A stretch of 64,000 nucleotides of DNA, taken from Macrostomum lignano. Taxonomy: Eukaryota. Position numbers and translations under genes: made by a program. The number at the start of each line of letters is the position of its first letter. Position 1 is the first letter of the stretch. This document shows, piece after piece, positions 34,861-47,700 of the stretch. The notes under the pieces are model-generated. The model made no database searches and was not told the origin of the DNA. It was given only the letters and a program-made list of their open reading frames with translations. The DNA lies in contig NIVC01000040.1 in NCBI GenBank assembly GCA_002269645.1, forward strand, positions 496,001 to 560,000, given 5' to 3'.

Positions 34861-35939
34861 TCTTGATATTTGCGTGCCCTCCCGAATCGATAATTGATCC
34901 CAGTTCTGTTATATATTCCGAAAGGTAGTTCGCTGCCACCAATCGAAGCTATAGTTAAAATTGACTGAGACAAGTCGTTTGGAAGCTATAGTTAAAATTG
35001 ACTGAGACAAGTCGTTTGAATTAAGAATGTTAATTAGTTGGAACTTAACCACTTGAAATATAACTTCGGAGCAGTAATTAACAAATGTAATTATTAAACT
35101 GATTAATTAACTAAAGCACGTGCAGAAAAAAGATTAATAGAACTTAACACTAAAATAATTGACAAAAACACATAAATCTATGCTCGGCCTCCTGTGTCCT
35201 TACCAACACAGTCTGTTAGAGCAATTAACCTTCAGTCTGAGATCTACAACTTCTTCTCAATGGCTCAGAATTTCGAGATCACTAGTACTCATGTCGAGTC
35301 TTGGTAACTAGATCTATTACTAACTAACTATGCACGAAGACGGGCTTCGATTTAAACTAAAACAGTTCCGTCGCAACAATAGCGGGCCGAATAAGGACGC
35401 AACAAGGACGCGGAACTTCAAATTTGTGCGCGCGGTATTTATTGTATATCAATTATTTCGGCGAATTAAAACAAAATAAAATGCATATTCGTGCAATGCA
35501 ATGCAATTCCCCTAAATTATTTCTCGCGCCTGTGCATGTAGTGCAGTGAATAAATTGAATGTATTAGTAGAATCTGAAATTTAGCCATTTCTACCGTATG
35601 CGTTTTAGTACGAAGCTCCACCCATGCACTTTGATCTGCTGATTCGCTAAACGCAGGCTACCAATAGCAGCCTAACATCGCGCTGTACATGTATTTTAAT
35701 GCACGAAAGTACGAAGCAGTCCTTGGACCAGAAAAATCGATAGAAATCAACTAAATGCACAGTCCACACCCGACCGACGAGCAACTACAGGCATTAGCCT
35801 CGAACACCAGATCATCCGAAAGTATCGATAAGTATCGCAGTACATCTTATTCTGATTGCTTCATACTTCGTATTAGAAAGTTTAAATCTCTGTATTTTAC
35901 GTGAATATCATCAGTGACTTCAATTGAAATATAACATCC

Positions 35940-36080
35940 GAAGAGAGGGCATAACACCGCAGGAAAACACTAAGTCGGACTTGCCGCTTAAGAAACGAAA
36001 GAGCCGCTTATACTCATCGTCGCGATACACGTCCATACTGTGTCGCTTCATATATAGTTTTCGCTCCGCAGGTACTCTGT
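35940..36080 (-). pseudogene. Possible N-terminal fragment of a PIF/Harbinger-type transposase
   Basis: MKRHSMDVYRDDEYKRLFRF resembles the D-x-E-F-x-x-x-F-R-F start of Harbinger transposases and sits beside GGCC-ended MITEs. Resemblance by eye only. Confidence 0.3.
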
Positions 36081-36417
36081 CTGGAATGAATTCGGCCATC
36101 TGGAATAACACAGTAGCCAGTGGCAGGCAGTGGCAGGAAGATTCACTTTCAAAGCAGTGGCTGGATGCTGCTCAACCAGTGAGTCTACTACAGATGAGAC
36201 TCAACTTTTGCTGAGCAAGATCTCAAGACAATTTGTCTATGACCAGAGTTTCAAGCGAGTCTCTACTCAGTCACCGAGCTTTTGCTCACGGAGAGAGCAC
36301 TAACTATGGGGAAATTGATTTTGAGCACTTGCTCAGGAGGACGCACTCATTTTATTCATACTGATTTGAGAATATCGCCGAGTTTGAGCTACTAATCACT
36401 TTTTTCATACGGCCTAC

Positions 36418-36863
36418 TAGGCCGTATGAATAAACTGAGCAAATGCCTTTGAGCAAATGCTAGCACTCTGAGCTGGAGCATTTTCTCGAGGCTAAGTAAA
36501 TGCTCTGAGTCCGAGAAAATGCAACAATTCAGTATGAATAAACAAAAAACTCAGACTCAGAGTAATTGCTCAGCCGCTTGAGCAGCAGCTTGACTGCTTT
36601 AGGCTTGAGTTCACTTGAATCTTGACCATAGACTAGGACTTCCATGTGAAAAGAAGAGCATGATTAAAGCAATAACAAGAGATTTCTTACAAGAGAAAAA
36701 ATGGAAACACAGTGGCTTTTACCGGCTGAGTCAGCTTTAGAGCTGCCTCAGCGTTCTTTTGAGCAATTGCTCCGCTCTTTTGTCTATGACCATGTTTTTT
36801 ATTCTTACTGACCTGAGCATTTGCTTGAGTTTGAGCATTTGCTCAGATTATTCATACGGCCTA
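36418..36863. mobile_element. MITE with 28-bp terminal inverted repeats; a further related end lies at ~36400-36416
   Basis: taggccgtatgaataaactgagcaaatg versus catttgctcagattattcatacggccta (27/28 match). Confidence 0.8.
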
Positions 36864-37161
36864 TTGTCTCAACATTCGGACGCAGATCCGATAGAGAGCT
36901 GAATCGCATTTAAAAGTTTGACATAGTTACGGATTATCCAAGAAGCCCTATCACACATGTATCATTCGACGACGTGGTGATATCAAAACAGTTTCAAAAT
37001 AAAAATGACTTAGTCAGAACCGATTGCGGAAATTTTATGCAGAACTTAAATAATTACTCATTGCAGGGAGTGCTGTTTACGGCGTTTGAACTTATAATTT
37101 TATTATCAGGTATTGGGATTACATTTTCAGTCAAGTTTAGCTTAGTCAGCAGCGATCCTGT

Positions 37162-38267
37162 TCAAATCTGTGTAGTAACTAAATCGAATATTTCTATTGC
37201 CACTGCTCCTCCACATTTTTGTCCGGATTCGGCATTATGACATTGTTTGTCACAAAATCTTTTCTCAATTACAGCTTCCGCTGCTTCTGAAATTATTACA
37301 TTGCCACAAAAGCACCGGTTGCCGTTTGCAAGGCCAAATAATAGTGCTTGTTTTTTTAGACAACTTCTAGCGCAAACTTCCTGGTTCATGACCGGGAACT
37401 TGTCGAGGACTTCGGCATGCAGCACCCTTTCTTCAGGGGTCCAAAGATAGCATCCCTTTGACGGCGCTGAAAATGTGTTTTAATTTTTTTTTGACAGCCA
37501 ACTAAGTGTCTTTACTAAGGGCAAAGACACACTAAAACTGCTCTACTTACCTGGCAACAATGGAATTATTTTACCGGTCACATTGTAGACGCTCAAAACA
37601 CCGTTACCACCACATTTGTAATCAAATATGGAACTGCATATACGATCGCATCTATAGATAGGCACTGAAGGACTTCTGATACTGTTTCCACAATAGCATT
37701 TATCGAAGCCTATTCCAAAAAACTTTTTTTTCAAATCTTGACATTTGGGCAGACAGAGATAATGAGTCATTTTGGGGGAGCCTTCGATGTAAGGTTTTAG
37801 AGCCAATATGTTTTCATTATGAAGATAACAGCCGATATAGTGTTCTGAAATGGTTTGATTGATTAGAGACAAATACTCCCAGATCTAAACATTCAGATTT
37901 AAAAGGTTCTATACTGATACTTGAACAACCCATGCCGCAAAAATTGCAATAAAAAGAGAGATTGAATGTAAATAAGCAGTGCAGTAAAGGATCAGGAGCT
38001 TACTGACTGGATCTGAAATTAAGGTGGGAACTCGGTTATTTTTGTAAAATGCAACGATACTTCTCACTCACTTAATCTGGATCTCAACTGTGCATTAAAT
38101 TAATGACTACTCACGGAACATGATGTGCTCTGAAATTTAGGGCACAAACTTCAGTACTATCTTAATTATGAAATTCGAGCTAGCTGCACATCATTATCCT
38201 CACCAGCGACTACGAAGACCTCTGGAACAGCAATTAGAAGAATCAGAGCGAGAGCTGAGAACAGCAT
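37162..38267 (-). CDS. Secreted two-WSC-domain protein (WSC gene B), ~220 aa
   Basis: Exon 1 38267-38204 (MLFSALALILLIAVPEVFVVAG|gtgag); exon 2 37844-37551 (EHYIGCY...CLPKC...CYCG...KCGG); exon 3 37466-37162 (APSKGCY...CARSC...CFCG...KCGG, stop). All junctions are phase 1; total 663 nt. Confidence 0.82.
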
Positions 38268-38747
38268 GTTGCTTCCTGCGTCGGGAATTTGCTTTATTAG
38301 GCTTATTTTTCGATCGTCGAAAACTTAATTCGGCAGGTACTCGAGTCTTTCTTTTATATGAAATGGAATTTGAATTCCTGAAAATGGTGTGCCGCGTGAC
38401 ACATTTCCATGTCATTAGAGCCAAGTATAGAAACCAATTTAAAAAACTCAAATATTAAAAAGTTTTCAATTTCTTATACTTTCAACGCGGGTGTAGATTG
38501 CGAGTAAAATGCTGAAACTTTGAGTGAAAATATTCAGACTTATTAAAAAATTTCAGGAAAAAAATAATTGAATTTAGACTCTATTCGATATCGCACAAAA
38601 ATTCAAGAAACATTTTCTCGAATTCATTTTCTAGGAATGCAGCCGAACTACTTAGGAACTTCAGCATAAATTGGTTCAGCAAATACCCAAAACAGCCAAC
38701 CACAGTCAGGCCCGACCTGTTCAACATTCACTCTGCAGGCATTCAGC
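38268..38747. promoter_or_regulatory. Inferred bidirectional promoter region between head-to-head WSC genes B and C
   Basis: Only 480 bp separate the two divergent ATGs. The part at ~38480-38747 is duplicated upstream of gene D (~52585-52860). No specific motif identified. Confidence 0.4.
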
Positions 38748-41700
38748 ATGCGGCTTCTTCTGTTCGTTTCGGTCTTCATTCTAGCAGCTTCCGGCACCTC
38801 CGGGTCTGAGCTGGGTGAGTTTGAGATGCGCCTCACCTGAACTGGGTGAGTTTGAGATGCGCCTCACCTGAGCTGGGTGAGTTTGAGATGCGCCTCACCT
38901 GAACTGGGTGAGTTTGAGATGCGCCTCACCTGAGCTGGGTGAGTTTGAGATGCGCCTCACCTGAGCTGGGTGAGTTTGAGATGCGCCTCACCTGAACTGG
39001 GTGAGTTTGAGATGCGCCTCACCTGAGCTGGGAGAGTTTGAGATGCGCCTCACCTGAGCTGGGTGAGTTTGAGTTGCGTCTCACCTGAGCTGGGAGAGTT
39101 TGAGATGCGTCTCACCTGAGCTGGGTGAGTTTGAGTTGCGTCTCACCTGAGCTGGGAGAGTTTGAGATGCGTCTCACCTGAGCTGGGTGAGTTTGAGATG
39201 CGTCTCACCTGAGCTGGGTGAGTTTGAGATGCACCTGTTAGTTACAGCTAAGTACATTAGATCAAGGATACGGTTAGGCTCGGGCTTATGATGAGTTGCT
39301 GGATGTCGAGGCTCAGAGAGATGAAGTATTTTAAGCTAGACAGCTGGCTTTCAGGGCTGTTGTTTCACATATTTTTCCGTAAGAATATTTTGGATAGGAG
39401 CTCAGTGACGGTGCGCCGCTTTCTACATGTATTTTATGCACGAACTTTTCACTCGAGTAAATTTCTCTCTTTTTGCAGAGCACCCGAATTGTAAGTTCAT
39501 CACCATCTACCGTTTTATAATTATAATTTTCTTCGTGGCATTTAAAGTGCAAAAACTTTATGTAAAATTTAGAAAGGGCTTCTGAGGCAATTTTTCTCAT
39601 TTCTATCAATTAACAAGGGGTCCGGCCACAGCTCATAAATCTTTTAATATATTACTTATACCCGCTACATGCTTAACACCACCATCAAAAACTTCTAGGG
39701 CGATTTTTTCCATTCCTTTATAATCACATGGCTGCATTATGTGTGCAATCTCCAAAGATATCCCGTGACAATGTCGTCTCATCTCTAAGGAAAATCCCCA
39801 CGTATTATTATGATGCTTTTACTTGCTACTTACTTAACTCTCCCGTTAATTTTCAATACGTTTTTTCGAACCTCACTCAATTTGCTACCAAAAACCTAAT
39901 CCCAACAACTTTCAACCATCAGAGTCACCTTCTTCAAAAATTATTTAGCAAAAATGTTTCCAGGTTCCCCACAAGGCTCCAATTTGTGACAATATTAACA
40001 GGGCAATTGTCAGCTCCAAGTATTTGGTACAACTCTTTATACTGTAGTGCTGTCATGGCGATCCCATTATTTTCTTTTACTGTCAGGTCCACCAGTTCAT
40101 TGTAAAATTACTTATCTCTGAGAAACCTCCCCATTTTGCGGGAGTGCAGGGTAGAAATTGTAACTGCATGATCTCATGTTGAATTGATCGAACGTTTCCA
40201 TGAACATACCGCCCCAAGTTAACCGTATTCCTCATGGGGACAATAATGTACTCGTACCTTGGATTGCTAGTGTCATTGCGCTCATCTCTACACATTTAAG
40301 CTGTGTAGGCAACATCAAGACCCTTCTCAATGGCCTTCAAGTTTTCTGCTTTTAGTGGGGCATTTCGCTTAATGGATTCAATATCAAGATACAGCTCCAC
40401 ACCAGCAAGTTTTACCTCCTCGATCTCGATCATCTCTAGCTTAAAGTTGCTTTTCAACCGATTTCAATGACGCTATTGCAGAAACCATACAAATTTCAAA
40501 GATACGAAAATACGAGTAGCTATATAAAGACCTAAACAGTGGATTCTTAGCATAAGGCGTGAATTGAAGCCTTAGGATGGAAGCGCATCCTAAGCATAAG
40601 ATACATGTAGTTGCAACACTCCATAGTAAACTGGTGTCATCTTTTGAAGCTCGGAACGGCGTCGGAACTAACTGCCATTTTGTCTCGTGAATGATTCTGG
40701 GTACTCAGACAAGACATACAAATCCTTCTGCTTTAAAAGATCCTGATAAAAGTCTCAACAGTTTCAACCCAATGCGATACAGTACGGTGTCAAGGTCGTA
40801 GACAAAATCAGAGTTGGTTATAGTTAGACTCCAATATAGGCCATAAACTTAGGCGACCAATCCAGCATATCTACAATATCCTTTTCAGGGAATATACAAG
40901 CTAGCTCTTCAAGCATGATGTGGGTTAATAAGTCCAAAAACGGATAATCACAGTACAGTGATTTTACTGAGTGAGCATCTTCCCAATGGTGCTTTCAGCA
41001 TAATTTTTTCCCAAGTCTTTGGAAAAACCGCAACGCCCTTTATCGCAATTTTAAGATTTAACATCAGGTTTTTGCATACTATGTTTTTCGATGTTGACTT
41101 TTATCCATAAAATGCAGATGAGCGTGGCGATAAGCAGACGATTGTTAAACAACTGAAGATTCGCTACTGCTAATCGTGGTGTTGCTTTAGAGAGGCTGCA
41201 AGCAGATTGGGATCAATCAGACAATTCCAAGGAGCAATACTAGCGGGGTGAGCGAGGGAGCGAGAGAGTGGAGACCGATAGGTAAAACTAAAAAATACAT
41301 ACAAAAGCTAATCAACCTCAGAACACCCTAAGAATCGATGAGCCGCACAACTATGCAAAGGCTGAACATTAGAGCTACGGGTTTTGAACCTTAATTTGCA
41401 ACGATTCCGGAATGCTAAGCTTATACTCGAAATTTACACTGGTGTTGGGACAATGACAGAAACGGATCTCGCTCTCACTCTTAGATTGACCCAATTAGCG
41501 TCAGAGCAAGAGCTCAAGGTGCCTTCGGTCCTCTGGCCGGACCCACTTTGAACTCTGAGCGGAAGATCGCGTCTTCGTTGGGATCGACCCGTCCCCAGGC
41601 ACACAATACAGTACGAGTCTCCAGCCTCTAAGAAATAACGCAGCTCACTCAACATGCTCTTGGATTCCACGAGTCCGACAGGCAAGCGAGCGACGGGCTT

Positions 41701-44700
41701 GGTTGCACGGAGCGCTGAGTAGTATCGTAGTTGACTGACTCAGCTGAGTGAGCTCTCGATCGTCTGAGTTTATCTGAGTATCTGAGTCTGAGTAGACTCT
41801 GCGCACCACCCATGCCATCAAGCTCAGCACACAAATCATATAAATATTGTGCACTGTTTCATCATTGTTGCACCGACCCCGACTACAACAGACAATGCGA
41901 TTAGCGACTGTAGCGCCCTTCTACTTTACTTGTCCATGAGTTCGAGCGTGAGCAGTTCGCTTTCTTATCCGCTTTTTTAATTGTTTGCATTTAAATTTCA
42001 GTTAAACTGGTCGGTTGCTACTTTCATATCGACTCTAGATTGTGGAATCTTAGATACCTCAAATCATCCAGCGAGTCAATGACAATTGAGAGCTGCCAAA
42101 AGGACTGCAGTCTCTTTACTAATCTCTACTTTGGAGTCGCAAATGGAACAAACTGCTTCTGCGGTAATACTTTATTGTCTTTCCCAATACCTTCAAAAAT
42201 ATGTGATCACAAGTGTCCGGGAAATCCAAAGCAGATCTGCGGTGGTAATCGCATTATGGTTGTGTACGAGCAACCCGGTACACTCGTTGGAGTCTCTGAT
42301 GGTGAGAAGATTATAATTAATCCTTTTTTCAATGGTCTTTAAAACTTAAGCCTGAGTTGTAATAATTTTTTTAAGTTTTAGCTGTCTCTTTATCTAGTTT
42401 TGAGTCTCAAGCACTTTGGATCTATATATCAGGTGCATGATAATTTGCGTGGATCGACTTGTAGAAAACCTAGGGCGGTCGTTGGAGATTCAAAAGTGGA
42501 ATATCTCAAAATGGAAAGCTTCCCTTAACTTGAGGTAAGGCACAGGAAAATAAATGTAAAGATCAAGTTCAAAATAAGTAAGCAAAGTATGGAGATTGTG
42601 AGTACACTGATCAGATTTTTGCCTTCAATTTACCTTGAGCAAATGGCCTGCACCACTGTGAGAAAGCTGAATATTCAGATTTAGTTTCAGGCGTTTAATG
42701 TACATGGATTCGAGTATGTTGATTAGGTTTTACCAAAAAGTACAACCTATGCCCCAATGATATGTTTCATCAGAAACTATAGATTATAAACCCAAATTAA
42801 TGCCCCAAAACCTTTTTTTGATATTTATGTTAGTCAATAATTTTGTACTGCTGAGTTTGCTCAATGTCACAACAGCTGTTGCAGCAGAGCAGGTGGTCTT
42901 GGATAGCCGACCTTTTTAACCAATGCTCTCTGACTCTGGTGTACAAGTGTCTTTTGGTTTTACCTATATAAGAATAAATGTTCTGGGCAACATAACGATC
43001 GAGATAATGACTCGTCTCGTATACATAACACAAGCAGCCAGAGCAAAAGGAACATTGGATTTAAGTCTGCTCTCTGGAGAGTCTACCGGTGTGTTGGGCG
43101 TTAGTGGCGATCACGCTGCCGTTGATTACCAAAGCTGGATGCACCGTCTTTGAAGGATCTAGTCAGCGAAGCAGTCGACCTCCTGTGGGGCCCAGCTGTC
43201 GTCAGCGTTCTCCCTGTAGGCGATAGTGACCTTGAAGCGTTGATAGAGATTGAGGGAGCGCGGCTTAGCGTTCGAAAGGACAGCAGCGCTCCTGCTCTAC
43301 TCCAAATCTTTAAAGCACAGGTCAGAGTGCGGCAGGAGCTTGCGCTTTGCCATTGTAGTTATACTTTTACCCAGACGCAATAACAAAAATTTTGGCCTTT
43401 ATTCCACAGTTTTGATGTAGTACCATAGACATTTGGATTGAAAAAATCATTGCACAGTATTTTTGTTAATAAACATATTACAGCAAGGAGTAAATGATCA
43501 AAAAGAAAAAAAATCATTAAAACTAAAGTACCAGCTACACGAAAAGAGTTCATAATAATGTCACAGCTAGTGCAGTTCATCAGTTTGTAGTCGAAATTTG
43601 ACAATGTGAAAATCAATTTGTCACCCAAAGTGAAACATGCAGTTCTCAAAGCCGCAGTTCCCAAAGATTCTCGACACTTTAACCTGATGATTTGGCACTG
43701 CAAAAGGAGTTGGTCTATGTTGAATGTTTTCTATAAAAGAGAAATACAGGTGCTCAAGTATAGTTGCCGAACTTACCATTTGAAAGATGCACGTCTTGGT
43801 TGGCTTGCGACTGATGAGCTTCGTCTGATGAGCTTCTTTGGTACCGCAGTATCCAAATTGGGATTCTTTGGAACTGTCGGCTGCTCGACTGAATCGATTG
43901 GCCGCTTTGAGGCATCGCTTATAGCCGTCGAGGCGTTGAAGACTGCATGGTCGCGTTTTCTTCCTAGGTAGCGCCGCACGGTTCGTTCAGTCGTCGACAG
44001 GAAGATTTTTTCAATTAATAAGCGCGGCTGTTTGACGAGATGCACCAGCCATGGTTGTTTGACAAGACAAATAGCTTTTTCTCTCACTACTCGCTTTCCT
44101 GATTTCTTGAAAGACGCAAGCAAAATCAGCACTCATCACAGTGTGTCTATGGTCAAACTAAGACACACATCTCAGTCGTCTATGGGTAAAATAACTCTTA
44201 AAACAGCCAATTGAAGCATGATACAAAAGTGTGGAATAATGGTACGCGCACTCGTGCCATAGACTATTTACGCATGAAGGAACCTAGTGATAGATTCATT
44301 GATTTATGGGCAAAGCATTCTTCTGGTTTTAGCCATAGACATAGATAGAGTGGAATTTACCGCACGCATGGACTATAAGAGGGATAAGAGGGCTTTATAA
44401 TTTATTTTAATTAAGTGACAACAGCAATTGAAAATATTTTTGCCTGCGAACATGTAAGTTTCAGTCCTAAATTTCGGTACCTCGGCTGATAGAATTAGTT
44501 CAGTAGCTCAGGTAGAATTGGTTCAGTAGCTCAGGTAGAATTGGGTCAGTAGCTCAGGTAGAATTGGTTCAGTAGCTCAGGTAGAATTGGGTCAGTAGCT
44601 CAGGTAGAATTGGTTCAGTAGCTCAGGTAGAATTGGGTCAGTAGCTCAGGTACTGAGACAGTAGCTTAGGCAGGATTAGCTCATTAGCTCAAGTAGAATT

Positions 44701-47700
44701 AGACCAGTAGCTCAGGTAGACTTAAATAAATTTAATAAGTTGAATACGTGCGGGAATTTACAGCACGGCTTGGGATTTACTGCACAGTCGCGTTATTGGT
44801 GAAGGATTGCTTTTTGGCCATAGACAATGAATAGTGTCAGCAATTTAAGAATGCTTGGCCATATGTCAATGACAGCGACAAAAGTGTGGAATAATGGCCG
44901 CAAAAGTGTGGAATAATGACTGAGCGCTGAGTGAAAGCATAAGTACAATGCACTTGTATAGTATACAACTTCGTTGAATACTATACAATCTACCATTGCT
45001 CTCTGTGGCTTAAAACCTACGCCAGCTTCGATGAGACGCCGAGTGGTTTTGGTTGCCTTGCGGCGGGCGAAGATGTCCAGGGGCGGGAGGCAGAGGAAGG
45101 CGTTGAGGCCGTCAAACGGAGCAGAGAGCGGGGCATTCAGGATCATGCGACTGGCATGTCCCTGCACCTTTTTGAGCACCATTGCGGTGTAGATTCACCA
45201 GAGCCGCTTCAGAGTGACGCCCCAGGTGGTGCCGACGGCTCTGCGCAACTGCGGAAGGATCGCGAGGGCTTTTTGGTTTTGGCATCAACATGGGTAGACC
45301 AGCTCAGCTTGTGATCCAGCGTAACGCCGAGATGGGATTTTCACTCCGTAAAGCTTTAATGGGCGAATTTCGCCAATTGACCCAGCTGGTGAACATGATT
45401 GTGACAGTTTTAATCTCGTAGAGCCTGAGGCCGCACCTGTCCGGCAATTGTTCAGCAGAGCGAATCAAGTTTTGTAGATGGTCCCTAAGGGTTTAGAGTG
45501 ACGACTCGGATGCCACGGCTATGACATCATCGGCATAACCGACCTTAATGATGGGGTCAAGATGGCTGTCCTGAAGGAGCTCATCAATGACCGTGTTCCA
45601 GAAAACTGTAGATAACGCCGCCTTGGGGGCTTTGCAGACGGTAACCGTCCGTTGGTGGCAGTACGATGGCTGATCATATACATGATCCTACAGCCCTGTC
45701 TAAGGCCTCGAAAAGAACATTACCGAAGGCTCCAACAATGTCAAGGAAGACAGCAAGAGCGTAACCGTTACCCAGAACGGCTTTCTCCGGCATGTCGACC
45801 AAGACGTGTAGCGCGCTCTCCGTGGACCTGCCTGCCCGAAAGGCATGCTGGTTTTCACTGAGCGACTTGTTCTTCAGTTCCACGGAGAGGTTAGGCTGAT
45901 TGTTCTGAAGGATTTATGGAGCGGTAGTCTTAGGTTCTCAGTAAGCGATAGTGTAGGTGGCGACCCCCCACTCCTTGGACTGAACAGCCGTACGCAGCCT
46001 TCAGATGAGCCGCACAATAGCTGCGGCTGAGCTGTCGGTTGCATATCTTAGGGCAGGTGTAATTAATTACTGTATTATCAATATTATCAAGACTACGACT
46101 CAACGACATTATCAACATTATCAAGATAAACATTATCAATACTACTGTGAAATGACTTTCGCGACTCGACTCAAAAATTCTTAGAGAGAAACTTCATCAA
46201 GTTAACATGTAGCTGCCTACTTTTTACGTATGCAAAATTCTCAGGTTACTTATGATTAATTTTCTATTTTGAAGCTACTAAATTACTAATTTGCTGTCTC
46301 TTGTTGCAGAGCAGCCGAAATGTAAGTTCACCATTAATCATTGATATATAATTATAATTTCCTTCGTGGTATATTGCTTAAGTGCTCGCATAAAAAATTC
46401 AGTTAAACTGCAAGGCTGCTACTTTCATTACGATACGAATAACAATCTGCACCGCCGCATGTCATCCAGCGAGTCCATGACAATCGAGAGCTGTCAAAAG
46501 GACTGCAGTGTCACTACTGACCGCTACTTTGGAATCGAAAATAGAACAGAATGCTTTTGCGGTGTTTTAAACAAAAAAATGCAACTTCCTCGAAGCCTTT
46601 GCAATCACAGGTGTCCGGGAAATCGAAAGCAGATCTGCGGTGGTTTGCACCGAATAGCTGTGTATGAGCAGCCCGCTACACTCCCCACAGCCTCTGCTGG
46701 TGAGAATATTATAACAATGTTTGTTTCTAAGATTCGGTCTCGAACTTAAACCTGGGATACAAGTTATCATGTTTCTCTGTCTCCGTATATAGTTTTCTGT
46801 CTGCAGTAAATGAAGGCTTTCGGGAAGTTGCTGAGATGCCAGTGCTCACAAGGGGATTTCTAAGATGCCTATGCTCATCTTAGATCTTAGGCTAAGACAA
46901 GTAGCCTTTCTATCTAAAGATTTTTGCTTTAAACATTTTTCTTTCAGAATCTCAAAAGTGTAGATGGTATATATTCCCCATTTATTTTGTTGTCTAGCGG
47001 GCAAAAGCAAGAGGTGTCTCTCGTTTGTTGACCGAGGCGAAGCCGAGGTCAATGATCGAGACACCGAGTGCTTTTGGCCCTAGACAGCTAAATGAGTGGG
47101 GAATATGATATGTATCCCCCGTTCGGTATGTTGGCTGCTAGCTGTTTGTCTATGGTTGTTGTCTCGAATTTATCAGCCCGCGGGGCAGCGGGAAATAAAT
47201 GATTTATTCACCTAGGGAAATAAATGAAAACATGCGTCACATAGACACTCGCCCGGGTCAAAAGGGGGATACATTAGTTTTTATTCAGAATTTTTATTCC
47301 TCTCTTTGTTCTGTCCCTAACTGGGGGCAAAGATTGCTTGTCCTTGGAGATAACAGCAACAACAACTAAAACAGCAAATAACGATCAAAATAACAAAGAA
47401 GCGACATAGAAAAACAAAAAAAAGTTTTGAGCACTTAACTGAGCTCAATAGCAGACCTGCTATTCACACGTACGCAAAATTTTTAAGTTCGAGCTAGCTG
47501 GCTATTACTGATTTTCGATATTAACGCAAGTAACTTGCTGTCTCTTGTTGCAGAGCAGCCGAAATGTAAGTTCATCGTCAATCATCAATACACTCGTACA
47601 ATTGTAATTTCCTTTAGGGTATTTAGAGTGCAAACGCTTTATTCAATGTTGGGAAGGTTGGGTAAATTTGAACTGGTGTTGTGACAATGGCAGAAGCGAA

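Noticed and set aside
34945-35017. 37-bp direct duplication beside the LINE 5' end as a target-site duplication
   Set aside because: Both copies are on the same side of the element, so it is a local tandem duplication.
43810-43840. Two CTGATGAG motifs as hammerhead cores
   Set aside because: No stem II followed by GAAA and no flanking stem I.
43773-44132. Minus-strand ORF with ERTVRRYL (possible transposase helix-turn-helix)
   Set aside because: Too short and no catalytic motifs to support a call.
47027-47055. ttgaccgaggc-gaa-gccgaggtcaa hairpin resembling a Helitron/Helentron end
   Set aside because: Isolated motif; element boundaries could not be defined.
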